Positions 38,469 through 52,379 of a DNA stretch of 64,000 nt are shown here, in pieces. Numbering within the stretch: the first letter of the stretch is position 1; every line of letters begins with the position of its first letter. Source of the DNA: Saccostrea echinata (Eukaryota). Where the stretch lies: NCBI RefSeq assembly GCF_033153115.1, contig NW_026889752.1, forward strand, positions 13,268,001-13,332,000, written 5' to 3'. The notes beneath the pieces were generated by a model. It worked only from the letters and a program-made list of their open reading frames with translations, was not told the origin of the DNA and made no database searches. Both the position numbers and the translations under genes were made by a program.

Positions 38469-41400
38469 ATGATAAAATACTTTTGCCTACAACTACTTCA
38501 CAAAGTCTACCTTTTACTCTTTGTTATTCAGGTAAGTAAATGTCTTCCAAAACTCAATTCATTGCCTAAAAATAGTACCTACATGTAGTTTTTTTTAACT
38601 CAAGTATAGACAAAAGAATATGATGCAAAGCTATAGTTTTATCGTTTAACGACCAAACAAGCATTACATTAATTCAAGTCTAATACATCTTGATTGGTGC
38701 TTAATAATTTTTTTCACAAGGCTTCCACTTACACGGACGGATGTGTTAAGCCAAGTTCTACCGTCAGATATGTTTCTACTTGTCCTATTACGGCTGTAGA
38801 ATGGCAGATTTCTTCTCTGAGGAAAAATTGCTCTCAGTATTCAGAGAAATGTCAATATGAATACCATTGTTTAATAAATCCATTTCTTAACGCAACTCTA
38901 GAAGTTTGTGCACAAAGAGTGAATATAATAGGTACAGTATTGTGTGTTAGCATCACATAATGTGTGTAAAATTTCAATTTTAGGTTACATAAGTGAATAA
39001 ATGATCAATTAAACTTAGGTTTTATAATGATAAAATTAATCTTTTTCATGTTAGATTAAGAAATGATTGGTGATTACATGAGGCGAGGATTAATATAATG
39101 TGAAACAATTCTTACTGTTCTTGTTTTTGAATAAATGTTTCTGTAGAGAGAAAATGTGCCGAATTTAATCCAGGAGGGGAAGTTATACAAGAAAATTCTC
39201 TTGCAACTTGTCAGAGAGCAGGAGAGAATTGTTCATACACATATTCTTCGACGACTGCTTATAAATGTAAGATATGTTGTATTTATTGAACATATTAATT
39301 ATTAAGATTTTTTGTTGCTTTAGTTAAATCAAATATGGCGCTCAGAATAACCTTAAGTAATAACTGGACTGACTATGTTTTCTCTCTCGATCAGATCCTG
39401 GGTGCTATAATCTGACAAAGCTGCAACCTAATGGTGAAAGACAAATAACCCAAAACAACGAAAAGTGACTCACTCTTTTTCTCTCTCTGTATAAAATGAT
39501 CAATGGTCTAGTGAGGAGGAAAATGGTTTTGAATAATATTTTTAATATTTGGAGACAACTGCCTTTACTACGGTTATGGTTATGTGTCTGTCACATATTG
39601 TTTATCTGTCTTAACTTTTGAAACCTTACTTAGAATAAATTCAGCCAAGCACATGATTTTTAATCCATTGCAATCAAATCTTCTTAAATTGTGGCTCGAA
39701 ATCAATCTTTTTTTGATTATTTATTTATAGAAACAAGTTAATAATCCTCACCAGGGGTGCCAGGGGCTCCCTAGATCGGGTAGCATACATACAAATACAA
39801 TATACAGAATAATAATGTAGAAGAAGAATTTTTACAATTTGTCACAGTAATAAAATAAATTACATAATGACAAAGTATTTATACTAAGCTTATGGGTATT
39901 TACATATATATATTGGAAGGGGAACACACACAAACTATTGCTCGAAATCAATCTTATTATCTCATTGCTCAATAACTTTAACCCTGATTTTTGATCTTGA
40001 ATCAATTTATGATGTATCTTTATTTCAAGGACATCATTTGAATCCATTCCAATCAATTCCCCCTAGTTCGCAGGAACCAATTTCTGATGCTTATAATCTA
40101 ACGAGTATTCATGATCTTGGGTCAACGTGACATGCCAAAGGCCAAGTTCATTAGGCAATGATTATAACAAAAAGCATTCTGCGAGTATTGCATTAGCAAT
40201 ACTAGTCCCCTACTGGCATGTATGATCTGGTTCCCGTTAAAAATTGAAAATGCCATAATTCCTTCGTAAATCATTGAAACGGAACGAAATGAAAACTTGA
40301 TCTAAAAGTAATCAAGGTAAAGTCACATACCAAAAATCAGCTCAATATCTGCAAGCGTTTAGAAAAATATCGCGGAAAACCCTTAAAAATTGAAAAGGTC
40401 GTAATTCCGTCAAAGATCAATGAAGCGGAACAAAATGCAAACTTGATCTGTAACTCATCAAGATACACTCACATACCAAACATCAGCTCAATATCTGCAA
40501 GCGTTTAGGGAAAAAGTGCGGAAAACCAAATGGGACAGACTGACAGACAGAGGGACAGACTCTGAGGAAACCTATAGACCCCCCCCCCCCCGGTTTCACC
40601 GGTAGGGGACTAATAAAAACTTAGACTAAACTGAATGGAAACTGCAGTCTGTGTTTTGTTGACCATGAAAAGATTTGTTGTAATCATGACTCAGGAACTC
40701 CCAGATCAAGATCATGGGCAATTTACAATTGTAATATTCTGTCCAGACAATATATTTGTTACTGTTGATCATGATACTGTAAAATCTCTTGATTTCGTTT
40801 TGTATTTTGTTTTACTTTATGCTTTGATGTAGAAATATCAAAGGATTGAAATAGGGAAAGAACGATATGCAGATGACACGGTTCTTAATTTTTCGTCACA
40901 TGTCTGTCGTTTATCGTTGCATCTGTAAACTTTTCGACTTCTGAAGAATAACTGCGCAGGTAGGTTAAGGCTTCCCGTAGAAAATGACAGTGCACTCTGT
41001 GCCTTTACATCTCTGAACTACCAAAATGTGACGTCATAATGGAAAATGACGTCAGGTCACTGCAAACTTGAGGTGCTATGACGGGGAGAGTGTCATGAAC
41101 TTTACTCTTTATTTCAAACTGCATGTAAAATGCTAGATAGCTATTGAAAAATCCACGGGTCGTTAAAGGTTTTTTAAGTCTTATATGTCCGAATATTTTT
41201 AAAATACACCGCTTACCTACCCTTGATTGAAATTCATCATGTTCAAAATGCTAATGAAAAATATACTTTTGAAATGTACTCTATTTATACCCGTGATTGG
41301 AGGTAGAATTTGTTTTGTATGTATAAAAGAGCCTGGCGCAGGTGATTAATGAGGATTAATCTGAGAATTTTTGTGGAAATCTGTAAGAAGAGGTTGTTCT

Positions 41401-44400
41401 CTAACTGAATCTTGCTTGGGAAAAATGTGTGTTGGCTTTGTTTTAATACAGATTACGATATTGTGTGGAAAATACCCTCAATTTTGTAGGTAAGTTGAAT
41501 TTCTCAGGAAATATTTTGTACCCAAGTAATACTATGACTTTTCCCAAGCACATTTCGGATACACAAGGATACGATGAGTTTATTTATATAACAAAATGTT
41601 AATAATTATTGTGTTAATCAGCTGCGCCGAAGCGATTTATATGAAACACTTCACAAAATTATAAATGACCGTCACGTGATCAACAAAGTCATGTGATATC
41701 ATAACAAATATGCTAATATATAGCCGAGAAAACCCTTTATATGAATTGGAAGTACTAAAGTTCAATACTTATAAATTAAAACCAAAACCGACCTCGCAAT
41801 GACATATTATGTTTTGAGCGCATTTTAAAGCTTCGGGAAGCCTTAACATAGCTGCGTGAACTAATTTCAACCAGACTTGCCACAAAGCATCCCTGGGTTA
41901 AGGGGATTCAGCGGGCGATCATAGAAATATATAGGAAGGATCTTCTTGAAAATTTTCTATTCCAGAGCAGCAAAGCCATGATTAGTCACATTTATATGGC
42001 AACATCCTTATGTTGTGTAGATTTAAGTTTGTTCAAATCATGACCCCCGGGACAAAGATGGGACCAGAATGGGCGGTCAAATATTTCTATAGTGCATTTT
42101 ATACCTTTTAATCGTGTATTTTTCGTTATGTTTGTGTAAAAATCTTTCAAACTATTTTTACCGATACGCGCATTTTTATTGTACTCGTGTATATTTTTTA
42201 TCAAGCTCGTGCATAAAATCGTGATCGTTGTGCAGAAAATAATTTTTAAGCAATCGCCTTGCCATAACCGTCTGCCTCTAGTTTGTTGTCTGTAAACTTC
42301 AATTTTACGAATTCTTCTCCAGGGCCACAGTGCCAATTTCAACCAAACTTGCAGTAAAGCATCCTCAGGTAAAGGGGATTTAAATTTGCTCACATGAAGG
42401 ACCACGCCCTCCTTCAAGGGAAGAAAATCGAAAATAAGTGAAAAATTAATAACATCTTTTAAAAATCAAAATCTTCTTCTCAAGAAACACGGTGCCAGAA
42501 AAGATGAAACATGTGAAAGCTTCATAACATAGTATAGATTTAAGTTTGTTCAAATCATGACCTCGGAAGGTAGTGCGGGGCCACAACAAGGGATCAAAGT
42601 TATTCATAGGAATATATTGGAGACATCTTTAAAAACAATCTTCAAGAAAAAAACAGCAAAGCCATTATTACACATATTAATACAGAAGCATCCTAAGGAA
42701 GTTTAGATTCAAGTTTGTTCAAATCATGACCTTGGGGGTAGGTCGGGGCCACAATAGAAGGTCAAACTTTTACTTAGAAATATATAAGAATTTAAAAAAA
42801 AAAATCTTCTTAATCCATCATTTAATAAATATGGGAGTATTCTCAGTTAGTGAAGATTCAAGTTTGTTTAAATCATGACCCCCTGAGGGTAGGTATGGAC
42901 CACTTACATATTAGAACTTTTTAATCATGGACTGATTTCTGCTTTTCTCTAGCCAAAATTCTCAGGTGAGCAACGTGGTTCATGAACCTCTTGCTTTTTG
43001 ATGGATCACAAAAAATATTAAAAGTTCCTTGATCTTCTCTTCCAATTTTCAAAATTTTCAGAAATATTCCAAAAGCAAAAGCAGTCTGGGTTGGCTGTGA
43101 AATTAACACAGAAAATACACTTTACAGTAGGATCAAAATAGACAACAGAACAGTTTTCAATTCTGTGCTTTACATACTAATTTACTGAAAATCTTTTTAC
43201 GAAGAATGAGAGAAATGAAAGAACTTAATTTGACAAGAAGTTTAAACTTATTTAGAAAAAAAATTAACCAATGGTCTAAACGAAATATTTCTCCATTAGG
43301 AAAAATAACAGTTACTGTAGTAAAAGACCGGTTCTTATAAAATTTACATGTAAGTAACTTATTTATTCATTTCTCTTTCAAAACCATATTTGCAGTGTAT
43401 AACGCAATTTGAAAAAGCTCTGGACAAATTTATATATTGAAAAAAAATTGATAAAATTCCTCGAAAAACGTAAAAATTGAATTTTTAAAATGATGGAATA
43501 GAATGACTTTATAAAAACATTTATTAAATCTCTTAAGGTTGTTGGATTCTGATATTTTTTTCAACTAATTCAAGAAGGATAATATTGGCCCGAATATTAT
43601 AAAGAAGGAGCAAAATTACACATTTCTAGACAGAAGCTTCACTCCATTTTACTGATTTCTATGAAGAAAGTTTTGAGTTTAACGATTTCTATACATCACC
43701 GTGTTAAAATAATAAAATTATTTTTATTTAAACAAATGCATTTTTGTAAGACATTATATAACAAAAGGTTCAACATATATGATTTATTTGATAAAGAAGT
43801 TTTTTTTTTAGTTACGAACAACTGTAGTATCACAAATGATTATTTAGTTAAGTTAACATTCACCACATTGCTGAGACTTTCACAGCTAAATGTCAAAGAA
43901 TTCTCACAAAATATTACTATTATACTATATCAACCTGAATTTATCAAAATACTTTGAAAAATAATAAAAGGATCCAGAAGCATTCAATGTAAACGCCAAA
44001 TGGGCAAATTGGCCATTAAAACCTCTTTGAATGCAAAGATGAGTTCATTAGTAATTGATTAATAATATGAAAAAGAGTGTCAAAAAGTGAATTAATTGCT
44101 CTTATTTACAAGTCTTATCATAACGGTGGGGTTGGGGGTTGGATTAGGAGACTCTATCCATTGAAATCAGGCTTTTAAACATCACCAGATTTTAAGTAGG
44201 GAGGGAACTGCATCCTTTTACTCTCCTGTTCGAAGTTAGAATTAAAAAATTATAAAGCTTTATGTAGAAAAATATTCAGATTTTTATGTAAGTACACAGT
44301 CATAGCGCTTGGTGTCAGAATGTGGTCACACATAGGGTTAGCATTTGACATATTTATAAAGTCATCTCAAGAACAATAGAGTTTGTCAAATTAATTATTA

Positions 44401-45700
44401 GATGCTTGAATAAAAGTTTCAAATATTTCAATTCATCAGTGACAACATGTTTGAAGACATGTTGTTAAAGCGGTTGCTGATGAAATTGTATTTACCAACA
44501 TATATTAATCCGTCTTTGAAAAATCTATGAACCCTATAATATTTCTATACCTTATTACAAATTTCTCATGATAAACTTCCATTTTTTGTGCTGTTTAGCT
44601 CTACTCAGCGGTCATTTACGATATGGAAAGTGATTTTGATTTGCCTTGGCTGTGTGATAGTCATAGGAATTATGATACTCAGTATCATATGCTGGAAACG
44701 CAAAAGAGGGCAGGGATCTTTGAGACAAGGTAATTTTAATATAATTATGTTAAATGCTACTTTTTCGACGAAGAATTTTTAGAACATCACTGAGACTTCG
44801 CTGAAATTGCTTCTTCATTTTAGGCTCTAAAAAGGAAAGTGAGCCTTTTGTGCAAACGTCGGAATTAAAATCACAAACAGACACACACGAAAATAGTGAC
44901 GCAGGTACGTACACTATTCCTCATTCTGCATAAATGAAACGATGTCATACCTGTATTCACCCCACTGTATTTTTAGAATTGGTATAATTCTCTGCAAAAT
45001 CATGCGTTTCACAGTTGAATTAAGAACATACGCAACGTAGTTTGAACTTTATTGCCTTTTTCCATGGAGTTGAAGAGTTCCAATACTTGAAGGAACTGTG
45101 TGCTATATTTTTATGTCTATATATGGTGTTGTACACTTCTTCTAAAACAAGTTTGGATTTTAAAAAAAAAATATAGAATAATGTTTAGCAATTTTAATAT
45201 ATTTTTCTTTGAATCATTCAAGAAATTTCATCAGTTGATATCTTATCAAATCCCCTGGTAATACATGCTGATTTTTTGCCTATGAACATCTGATGGCACT
45301 TTAATGTTAAATTAAGAATATTTTGAAAAATTATCAGTAGGTAAGGTACATTGCGTATGTCCTTAAGGGTTGAGATATATTAAACATATCAATATATTAC
45401 AACAATAATTAAGATCAGATCGCCATATGTATTTCATATTACAGATATTCAAATGTCATAAGGGTCTGAATCTTGTCAAAATGTTTTATGTCACGCCAGT
45501 ACAAGTATTGTCTATCGTTTTCAGAGCATCCAGGAGAAAATATCATTAATATTAGTCCTGATCCAACGTACTACACAGCAACGGACAAAATAACGTCATC
45601 AGAGAAACCTCCAGTGTACAACATTTTCCCTAGTCCAGTAACTGAAGAAAAATCAGAGTCGGAATTTAATATTCGAATGGAAAACGGAAGTGAAATTTAA
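38469..45700 (+). CDS. Uncharacterised Cys-rich type-I membrane protein (~283 aa, 7 exons)
   Basis: Exons 38469-38531, 38721-38931, 39147-39266, 39395-39464, 44599-44729, 44824-44904, 45525-45700; phase-compatible, 852 nt. Motif CP...W....RKNC..YHCLIN..LEVCA..CAEFN..C..C..Y.S..YKY.GCY; TM VILICLGCVIVIGIMILSIICW followed by KRKR. The exon 4 donor is weak and extra exons are possible. Confidence 0.7.
40166..40618 (-). mobile_element. HINE-like element (third family) in intron
   Basis: tagtccccta..., two ~130-bp internal repeats (cagctcaatatctgcaagcgttta), an ACAG microsatellite, and a terminal hairpin ccggtttcaccgg-taggggacta. Confidence 0.65.
41860..42995 (+). mobile_element. HINE-like element(s) with ~165-bp satellite-like repeats
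   Basis: Repeated gattYaagtttgttcaaatcatgacc units; end ctcaggtgagcaacgtggttcatgaacctcttg is the reverse complement of the 5251 family terminus. Confidence 0.7.
43200..43560 (+). mobile_element. Degenerate L1/Tx1-clade RT fragment
   Basis: KKINQWSKRNISPLGKITV-like segment typical of the post-RT region of Tx1/L1; frameshifted. Confidence 0.5.
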
Positions 45701-46035
45701 AATTCTTGGTTTAGCGGATAATTTCGGATAATAACTTGCTTTCAGATTAACAATGTCAAAGATGGGTGGCACGGGACATGTTCAGAACTTTAAACATACA
45801 GTAACCAGACACATGAGAAAGCGGACCCGAACCGAATGCTTGTTCTTCATTGTCTGTTCGGGGTCTATTATAGGGCTGACACAAACCCCTAGGAAACCCC
45901 GGGAGGACCGAGAGCACTCTTAGAAAGCAAATATTGATTTATTATTTAATGTTTTTTTTTTTTAAATTTAGAAAAGAACTCAAAAATTTAAACTTGTATC
46001 GTCACTATATTTCTGCGTATCATTTGTCTTACAAT

Positions 46036-48500
46036 AAAAGAATGAGGGCGTACAAGGCGAGGACAATACACCGCTCTGAGAAAAGACATTTCTACAATTC
46101 TAAAAGATCATGACAAGTTATTAGCGATTCTCTGTAACCGCTTAAACTTCTTTGCCACGCATGGTCACCGATTTTGATGAAACTTTGCCCATTATTACAA
46201 CTTGACACCAGAAACATATATTAAATAAAATTTCGTTGCTATGTGTCTTGGTTGCCATGGTAACAGCCAGAAAAGTTGAAAAAATTGAGATTTTCAGCTA
46301 CTTTGAATCTTTATTACGCCTTAATAAAGACTAAGAAAAACAAACAAACCATTCTCCCAAAAACATGACACCTTGTTGCCACTTATGCTATAAAGAAACT
46401 ATTTAGAATTTATCTCTTAGTAAATGGTAACCATGGGTACATTTGGAATACATTATAGATGCTGAAAAATGCTGAAAAACGCTCAATATTCACCAATGTT
46501 AGATGTTACATGATCAAACTCAATCAACAACCTAAGAAAAACAATAAAAAATATTTGACCTTATGTAATTAGGTATTGGCAATATCATTCTAAAAATAAC
46601 TTTCATGGTTGCCATGGTAACACAGCGTAACCATGCAAAATCTGTTGCTATGATTGGGTTAATGCTACTATCTTGAGGAAAAACAATAAAATTCATGACT
46701 AACACATATGCATCCTTGGAACCTTGCAACACCAACAACATAAGAAAAATTGGGATTAAATGTTACTTTGCATTGTAACCATGGAAACAATGTATCAGTC
46801 GTTTAAAGTGATATTTTTTGCTCCTTTAGGAATTTACTTACCTTTTAATCAAGAAACATATTATTTGACTCACCTTGAATACTACTTAACTGGTAGAACT
46901 AAAGTTGAATATCATATATTGATAAAGTTTATTGAAAAATACATCACTGTTGTTATGGTTACCAAGAAGGGAAAATGTTCAATTTTGTTAATTTTATATC
47001 AATATTAAACCCTATGTGCCAGCTTTTTGCATCCAGTTAGAGATTGGGTGGTAGTCAAAATTCAAAGTCAGGTTAGTTGTTCATATTTATCAATCATAAA
47101 AGTTTTGGGAATCTACTTACAAGGGTGCGTATCCAAGGAAACAGAATATTTTTCAGATTTTTATGCATATTTTTTCGGCTAATTTCCATAGCAACGCTCT
47201 ATTTAAAGAATTGAGTTTGAATTTTTTGAAATGTGAAAATTAGGGTCACACCAATGCCTTTAAAAATTGATCATCAGTTACATAGAAATATGCTTTTTAA
47301 AAAGATAGGATAAGATTAAAACACTAAGAGAGTAAATTTAAAATCCTTTCGAGGTAAATAAACCATAGCAACCGTTGCCAACCTATAAGAAATATCATAT
47401 TTCGTCCTTGGTATATGTTACAAGGATCTCTTGTCTATTATTTGCTGGCATTTCAACCTATAATTGTTTTTATTCTTAAGTATATGACTTTATAAAATTA
47501 AATGAACAAAATTATTACTTTTGAATACTTTGTTTCCATAGTAACGTATGTAAAAGTTGATTTACCAAACATGTTTATCATGCATTTAAGACCTCAGGCC
47601 TTCAACTTTCAGAAACAGTCATTGCCACTTGTTTGCTTTGCTGCAAACGTTAACTGGGGGACTCTAAACATGTTGAAAAATGCCATTTTTCAAACGTTAG
47701 GACATGTTGCTATGGTAACCATGACACGTAGCAACCAATTTTTGCCTGATTTGAGTTTACGGTATCAAAGACTTTTATCATAGAGAGTTTGGAGAAATTC
47801 TGAGACTATGCGTGCCACAGCTCCTATATAAAAGTTCAAGTCATTACAGAGAATGACTCTTATATTTTCAAAAATTGTATGATCATTATCATCTTTTTTC
47901 ACATTTGCTTCCTTTACTTTATTGAATGAATTATTGTTAATTTATTTTCAATTTTGTTATTAAGGTATGTAAAAAGAAAAAAAAAATAAGAGCTTCACAT
48001 ATAATTCCAAAGCTCACGCTTAGGCGTTAAACTAAACGCGGTAACATTTACGCTACGAAATCTTCTTGTCGGTGATATGTGTGAGTGTGCTTTAAGTAAA
48101 CGAATTTATTGAAATATATAATTTTTTCAGAAATGTTCTATTTTCATATAGTCTAAAATGGGTTCAGACTCGGAAACAAAAAATAGATTTTACTTTTACT
48201 TTTCCGTCATTTAAACATTAATATAGAATGGAGACTTGACCCATTCATTTTAAAATCATTTTTATGGCTCCAATAAACCTTTTTTCCACTTAATATTCTT
48301 AACCGTCAACTTTAAAAAGAAAATTATCAATCAATAAGTCATTCAATGAAATAAATGAATCATATGTGTTGAAGAAGACATTACTGACATCATTATTTTA
48401 GAAAAATATAATTTTTTCGTGAACTTTTAAAATTGAAAAATACTGTGTGTATTATCTCAGAGCTGGAGATTGTCATCGCCTTGTACACCCTCTTTCTTTA
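46036..48500. mobile_element. Non-autonomous TIR element containing a nested insertion
   Basis: TIRs aaagaatgagggcgtacaaggcgaggacaat..ctctgaga / tctcagag..attgtcatcgccttgtacaccctctttcttt. Confidence 0.75.
46127..47854. mobile_element. Nested TIR element with periodic GTTGCCATGGTAAC-like palindromes
   Basis: Termini ATTCTCTGTAA / TTACAGAGAAT; about 10 X-box-like motifs at ~175-bp spacing. Confidence 0.7.
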
Positions 48501-49189
48501 ATTTGGCTTTTAATATTAACGCATCACGTATTCCTGCTTAGCAATTCCGTATAGTGAAAGAAAACTTATTCACTCTGAATTCTTGTTTTATTTTTACCTA
48601 TTCTAAAAGTTTTTTTTATAGTATACGAGCTTGTTGATGGTTAACGGTAACTAAACATCTTTGAAATTAAAATTCAAGCTTTCCTGTTTCGATTAGATCA
48701 AAAATGACAATTTAACAATTTAAAATGACAATATACATGTTTCTGACAATTTAAAGTAACAATATGCATGTTTCTGTATATACTAAGAAAAAATCCCATT
48801 ATCATGTTTATTTGTTCAATCATGTAGTGTGTGTTGTAATTATTCAAATAACAGGTACATAGATAACATAGGAATAAAAGGAGAAATTCTATGAGTTACT
48901 ATGAATGTCTTTCTGGTCTTCATTTTATTTTCTATGGGCTCTTTTATATTAGTATCTTCTCCGTCTAATTCATTTGTGTCTTTTCACTATTTTGTAGTGC
49001 TCTGAACTGATGCTGCACATGCATATGTTGAAGAAATGGTGCTTATAGGTACTGATTCTGGAAGATAAAGATCCTGTTCAATCGACTGCATAGGTGTAGA
49101 AAATAGTAGTAGCTGCATGTGTGCTTAGTACTGGTGCTGGCATTTGAAACGGATTTTGAAAATTGGAGAATGGACAGTGATAAGCATGA

Positions 49190-50160
49190 ATTTGAAGATA
49201 ACGAACCGTATAATCAAGCTCAAAAGTCCATTAGAATAAAACAAATTGGGAGTAGAGCAAACATGGACCTTTAAAACATCAGAGGTGGGATCAGGTGCCA
49301 TGGAAGAATCAGCATCCCCTGTCGACCGGTCACAACGCCGTGTGCTCCTTGTATGGTCGGTTAAACGGAAAAATCCCTAGACAATTCAGAGTGTATATAA
49401 TGTCCTAACAATTTGTATGAAAAATGTCAGTCAACATTCAACTATTTGCTATCAAGGCCATTGTATCGACCATAGTGTTTGCAAAATGTTGACTTTTAAC
49501 AAGATATGTTGATATCCGTGTATCATCAACTTATTTGTCAATAGCTTGCCTCGTTTTAGAAGTTGTTGGTACCCAGAACATGATATTGCGTATCGAATCA
49601 ACTGGGAGACAAATTCCAAGGAGGTGCACCATGGTGTACTGCTATATGAATAAGGAAAGTTGACGATAGAAAAGTTAAAATCATCACGTTTATCATATAA
49701 CTTAGTTGTCAGCTTGCCATTTATGCATTTCTCAAGTAAAATATCCAAATATGAAACATAAATGTCAGAGATTCTGTAGTGTATTATATTTCGAGTTCAG
49801 AGGGATTCATCAAATCAAATTAACGTCTAGGAATGAAAATGAATACTGTTAATTTATAAATAAAATGACGACGATATATCTAAAGACTACAGCTAGAGAC
49901 TTGTTCTTTTCTTGTAGAATTTATGAATAATTCTGCATTATATGAAACAGATTCCATCTATCCCTATCTTCTGTCTAGGGACACGACAACCAGGGGAGCG
50001 GGCCTGGTAGAATCAGCGGGGAAAGAAAACCCTGTTAAGTTGTGCAATTTATACCAGTTGGAATTTCAGCTAATGGTTGGAAGACCTAATCTCCAAAAAC
50101 TACATAGATATTGTCAATCAGAAACTCTTTTTAATAATTACTTTGGAGTACTTGTGGGTA
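49190..50160 (-). mobile_element. Penelope-like RT fragment with 3' motif
   Basis: ORF 49452-49748 LYDKRDDFNFSIVNFP..SQLIRYA..RGKLLTNKL, degenerate RT core upstream, and the 3' motif at ~49280-49345. Confidence 0.8.
49950..50041 (+). pseudogene. ~90-bp degenerate 28S rRNA fragment
   Basis: gattccatctatccctatcttctgtctagggacacgacaaccaggggagcgggcctggtagaatcagcggggaaagaaaaccctgttaagtt matches the conserved LSU segment gattcccactgtccctatctactatctagcgaaaccacagccaagggaacgggcttggc.gaatcagcggggaaagaagaccctgttgagctt (recalled consensus). Confidence 0.85.
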
Positions 50161-52379
50161 GAATCAGAATGTTTTAAACAAAATAAATTTGCAGTTGGTG
50201 TGTGTTTGTCAATCTCTCTCTCTCTTCACGACCCTGGTAAGTATTCGTCAAAAATATCTGGGTGACAAAGTGTGCAAATGTTTACAGTACATATTGTCGC
50301 CGACGACAATATGTGCCGATGCATGACTCCACATTTTAAAGGGATTTGATTATATAAGTCGTTCTTGCATTACTGAAGCAGAGGAATTGGTATTGTGTTG
50401 ATATGATTCTATCATGGATTTTGTCAGCTTCTAGATCTTTTATTTCTCTTTTTAAGATTCTCTTCCACTTGTCTCTTTTCCTGTCGAAAGTCCAATGAAA
50501 TCGTTCCTGTCCTCATTCAAAATAATTAGTGCATTTCTCAATTTGGTAATTTTCAATTTTATTCAAAAATATAAATTACCTTCAGCTTTGTGCCCAATTC
50601 GATGGCAATTTGAACAGCTTGAGACTCTGATTCCACATGGTACTGATTCAATAACTAGTGCCAGTGGATTATTTTACACCTCTTTTTCAGTCAATACTTT
50701 CTTCTTTTCTAGAAGTGTTAATTATGTCTATCTAGAGACTTTTCAGTCTTACATATAAAGCTGAAGATGTTGGAGGTTTCACTTCATTTTGCGTAAAAGG
50801 CCCATGAAATTCTGCAAAAGGCAATTGATTGAAAAGTTTAAAATGAAACCTCAAAAGCAAGATCCAGCTTATTCTTCTGTAATAAAAAGGAAGGGCTGTT
50901 ACTACATGTAGAGTATATAATGTAAGAAACAATATGAAAATACCTGTTTGATGAATGAGACAATACAGGTACTCATTTTTAGTTGATCAACAATGAAGAA
51001 AGAGTAATTATATTCTTGAGTTTTTATTATACTTATTCGCATTTATTATGTTGAAATACGGCAGCCCATTTAGGACCTATAAAAAAATTGAATTGGATAT
51101 AACGAATTGTCGAATTTATTATAACGAATTCAATTCATTTTAACAATTTCTTTGAATTCGTTATAATGAATTTAATCTGTTATATTATCTTCAATATTTA
51201 AATATATCGATAACGCGTTATCATTTTTATTTTTAAGTTGTTCGATATATCTCATTGAACTCTGAAAATTAACAACACTGATATTTTACATCAAATTTTG
51301 AGTGTAGCTGACAATTTACATTAACTTTGAAATGAAACAACGGACAAATTTCAATCAGAAAAGTTCATTTGGGCCTCTCGGCATAAATCTTGATGTGAGA
51401 TTATTGTTACATTGAAAGTTTAAATCTAAAGTTTAAACTCATCTATAACTATCTCTTATCTAATCTTTAGATTTAAACTTTTAATGTTACATTATTGCAA
51501 AGACAAAAAAAACCCAAAGCAAAACAAAAACAAACAAACAAACAAACAAAACAAAAACAAAACAAAAAAAAACAAAGAGTACAATGTTAACAATTACTTT
51601 TATATATAAACTGAAGGAGTCTTTCAGATTACAGGTATTTCAAACATTGATGAAAGTTTTAGTTTAAAATATATTTTTTTCATTATAAATGAATTGGATC
51701 GAACAGCAGGCATAAATGCCTATAATTGTTCTATGAAAGTTGTCTGAGTGGATGAAACTTGAGAGACCATTCGTGTAAAATACATGATTGATTTTCTTTG
51801 TTTTAAAGATGTTACTCTAGAATTTGTTAGCAGTATATTTTGAATGATTTATTGAAATAATTTGTTTGTACATGTTCATAACTCTTATTAACATTGTTTG
51901 TTACTTTGTTATTTTTGCATGCAGTATTAATTTGAAGATTTATGCTGCACTTTGTATCCTTTGTTTGACTTTAAAAGATAGGATGACTTTTTGAAGAATC
52001 TATTTTTTAAAAGATAAAATATGTTTAAATATAATAAATGTGTCTCTTGAGTGAAGTACTGTAACTCATTTAAAAAAGTGTTTGTCCCATGGCTACTTAA
52101 TGCTAAAAAATGTTTTTGTCCCATGGTTTTCTTCCATGAAAAAATTCATTGTCCCATGCCTGTTTGTACCGGTCCCATCATTGTGATAAATTTTGCCTGG
52201 TCCCTTATGTTATCACATGTAAAATACAACAAAGCTGTTGGTTCGAGTTAGACAGGAATGTGTCTTTTTTAAAGGATAAAGTAAATAAAAAGAAACCTTG
52301 AAATGAAATAAATTATGAATTATAGAGTTATTGATGATAGTTATATACCATGATCAAAGGGAGGAAATCCATTTACATG

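Noticed and set aside
41992-42417. 141-aa ORF
   Set aside because: Chance frame through HINE satellite repeats.
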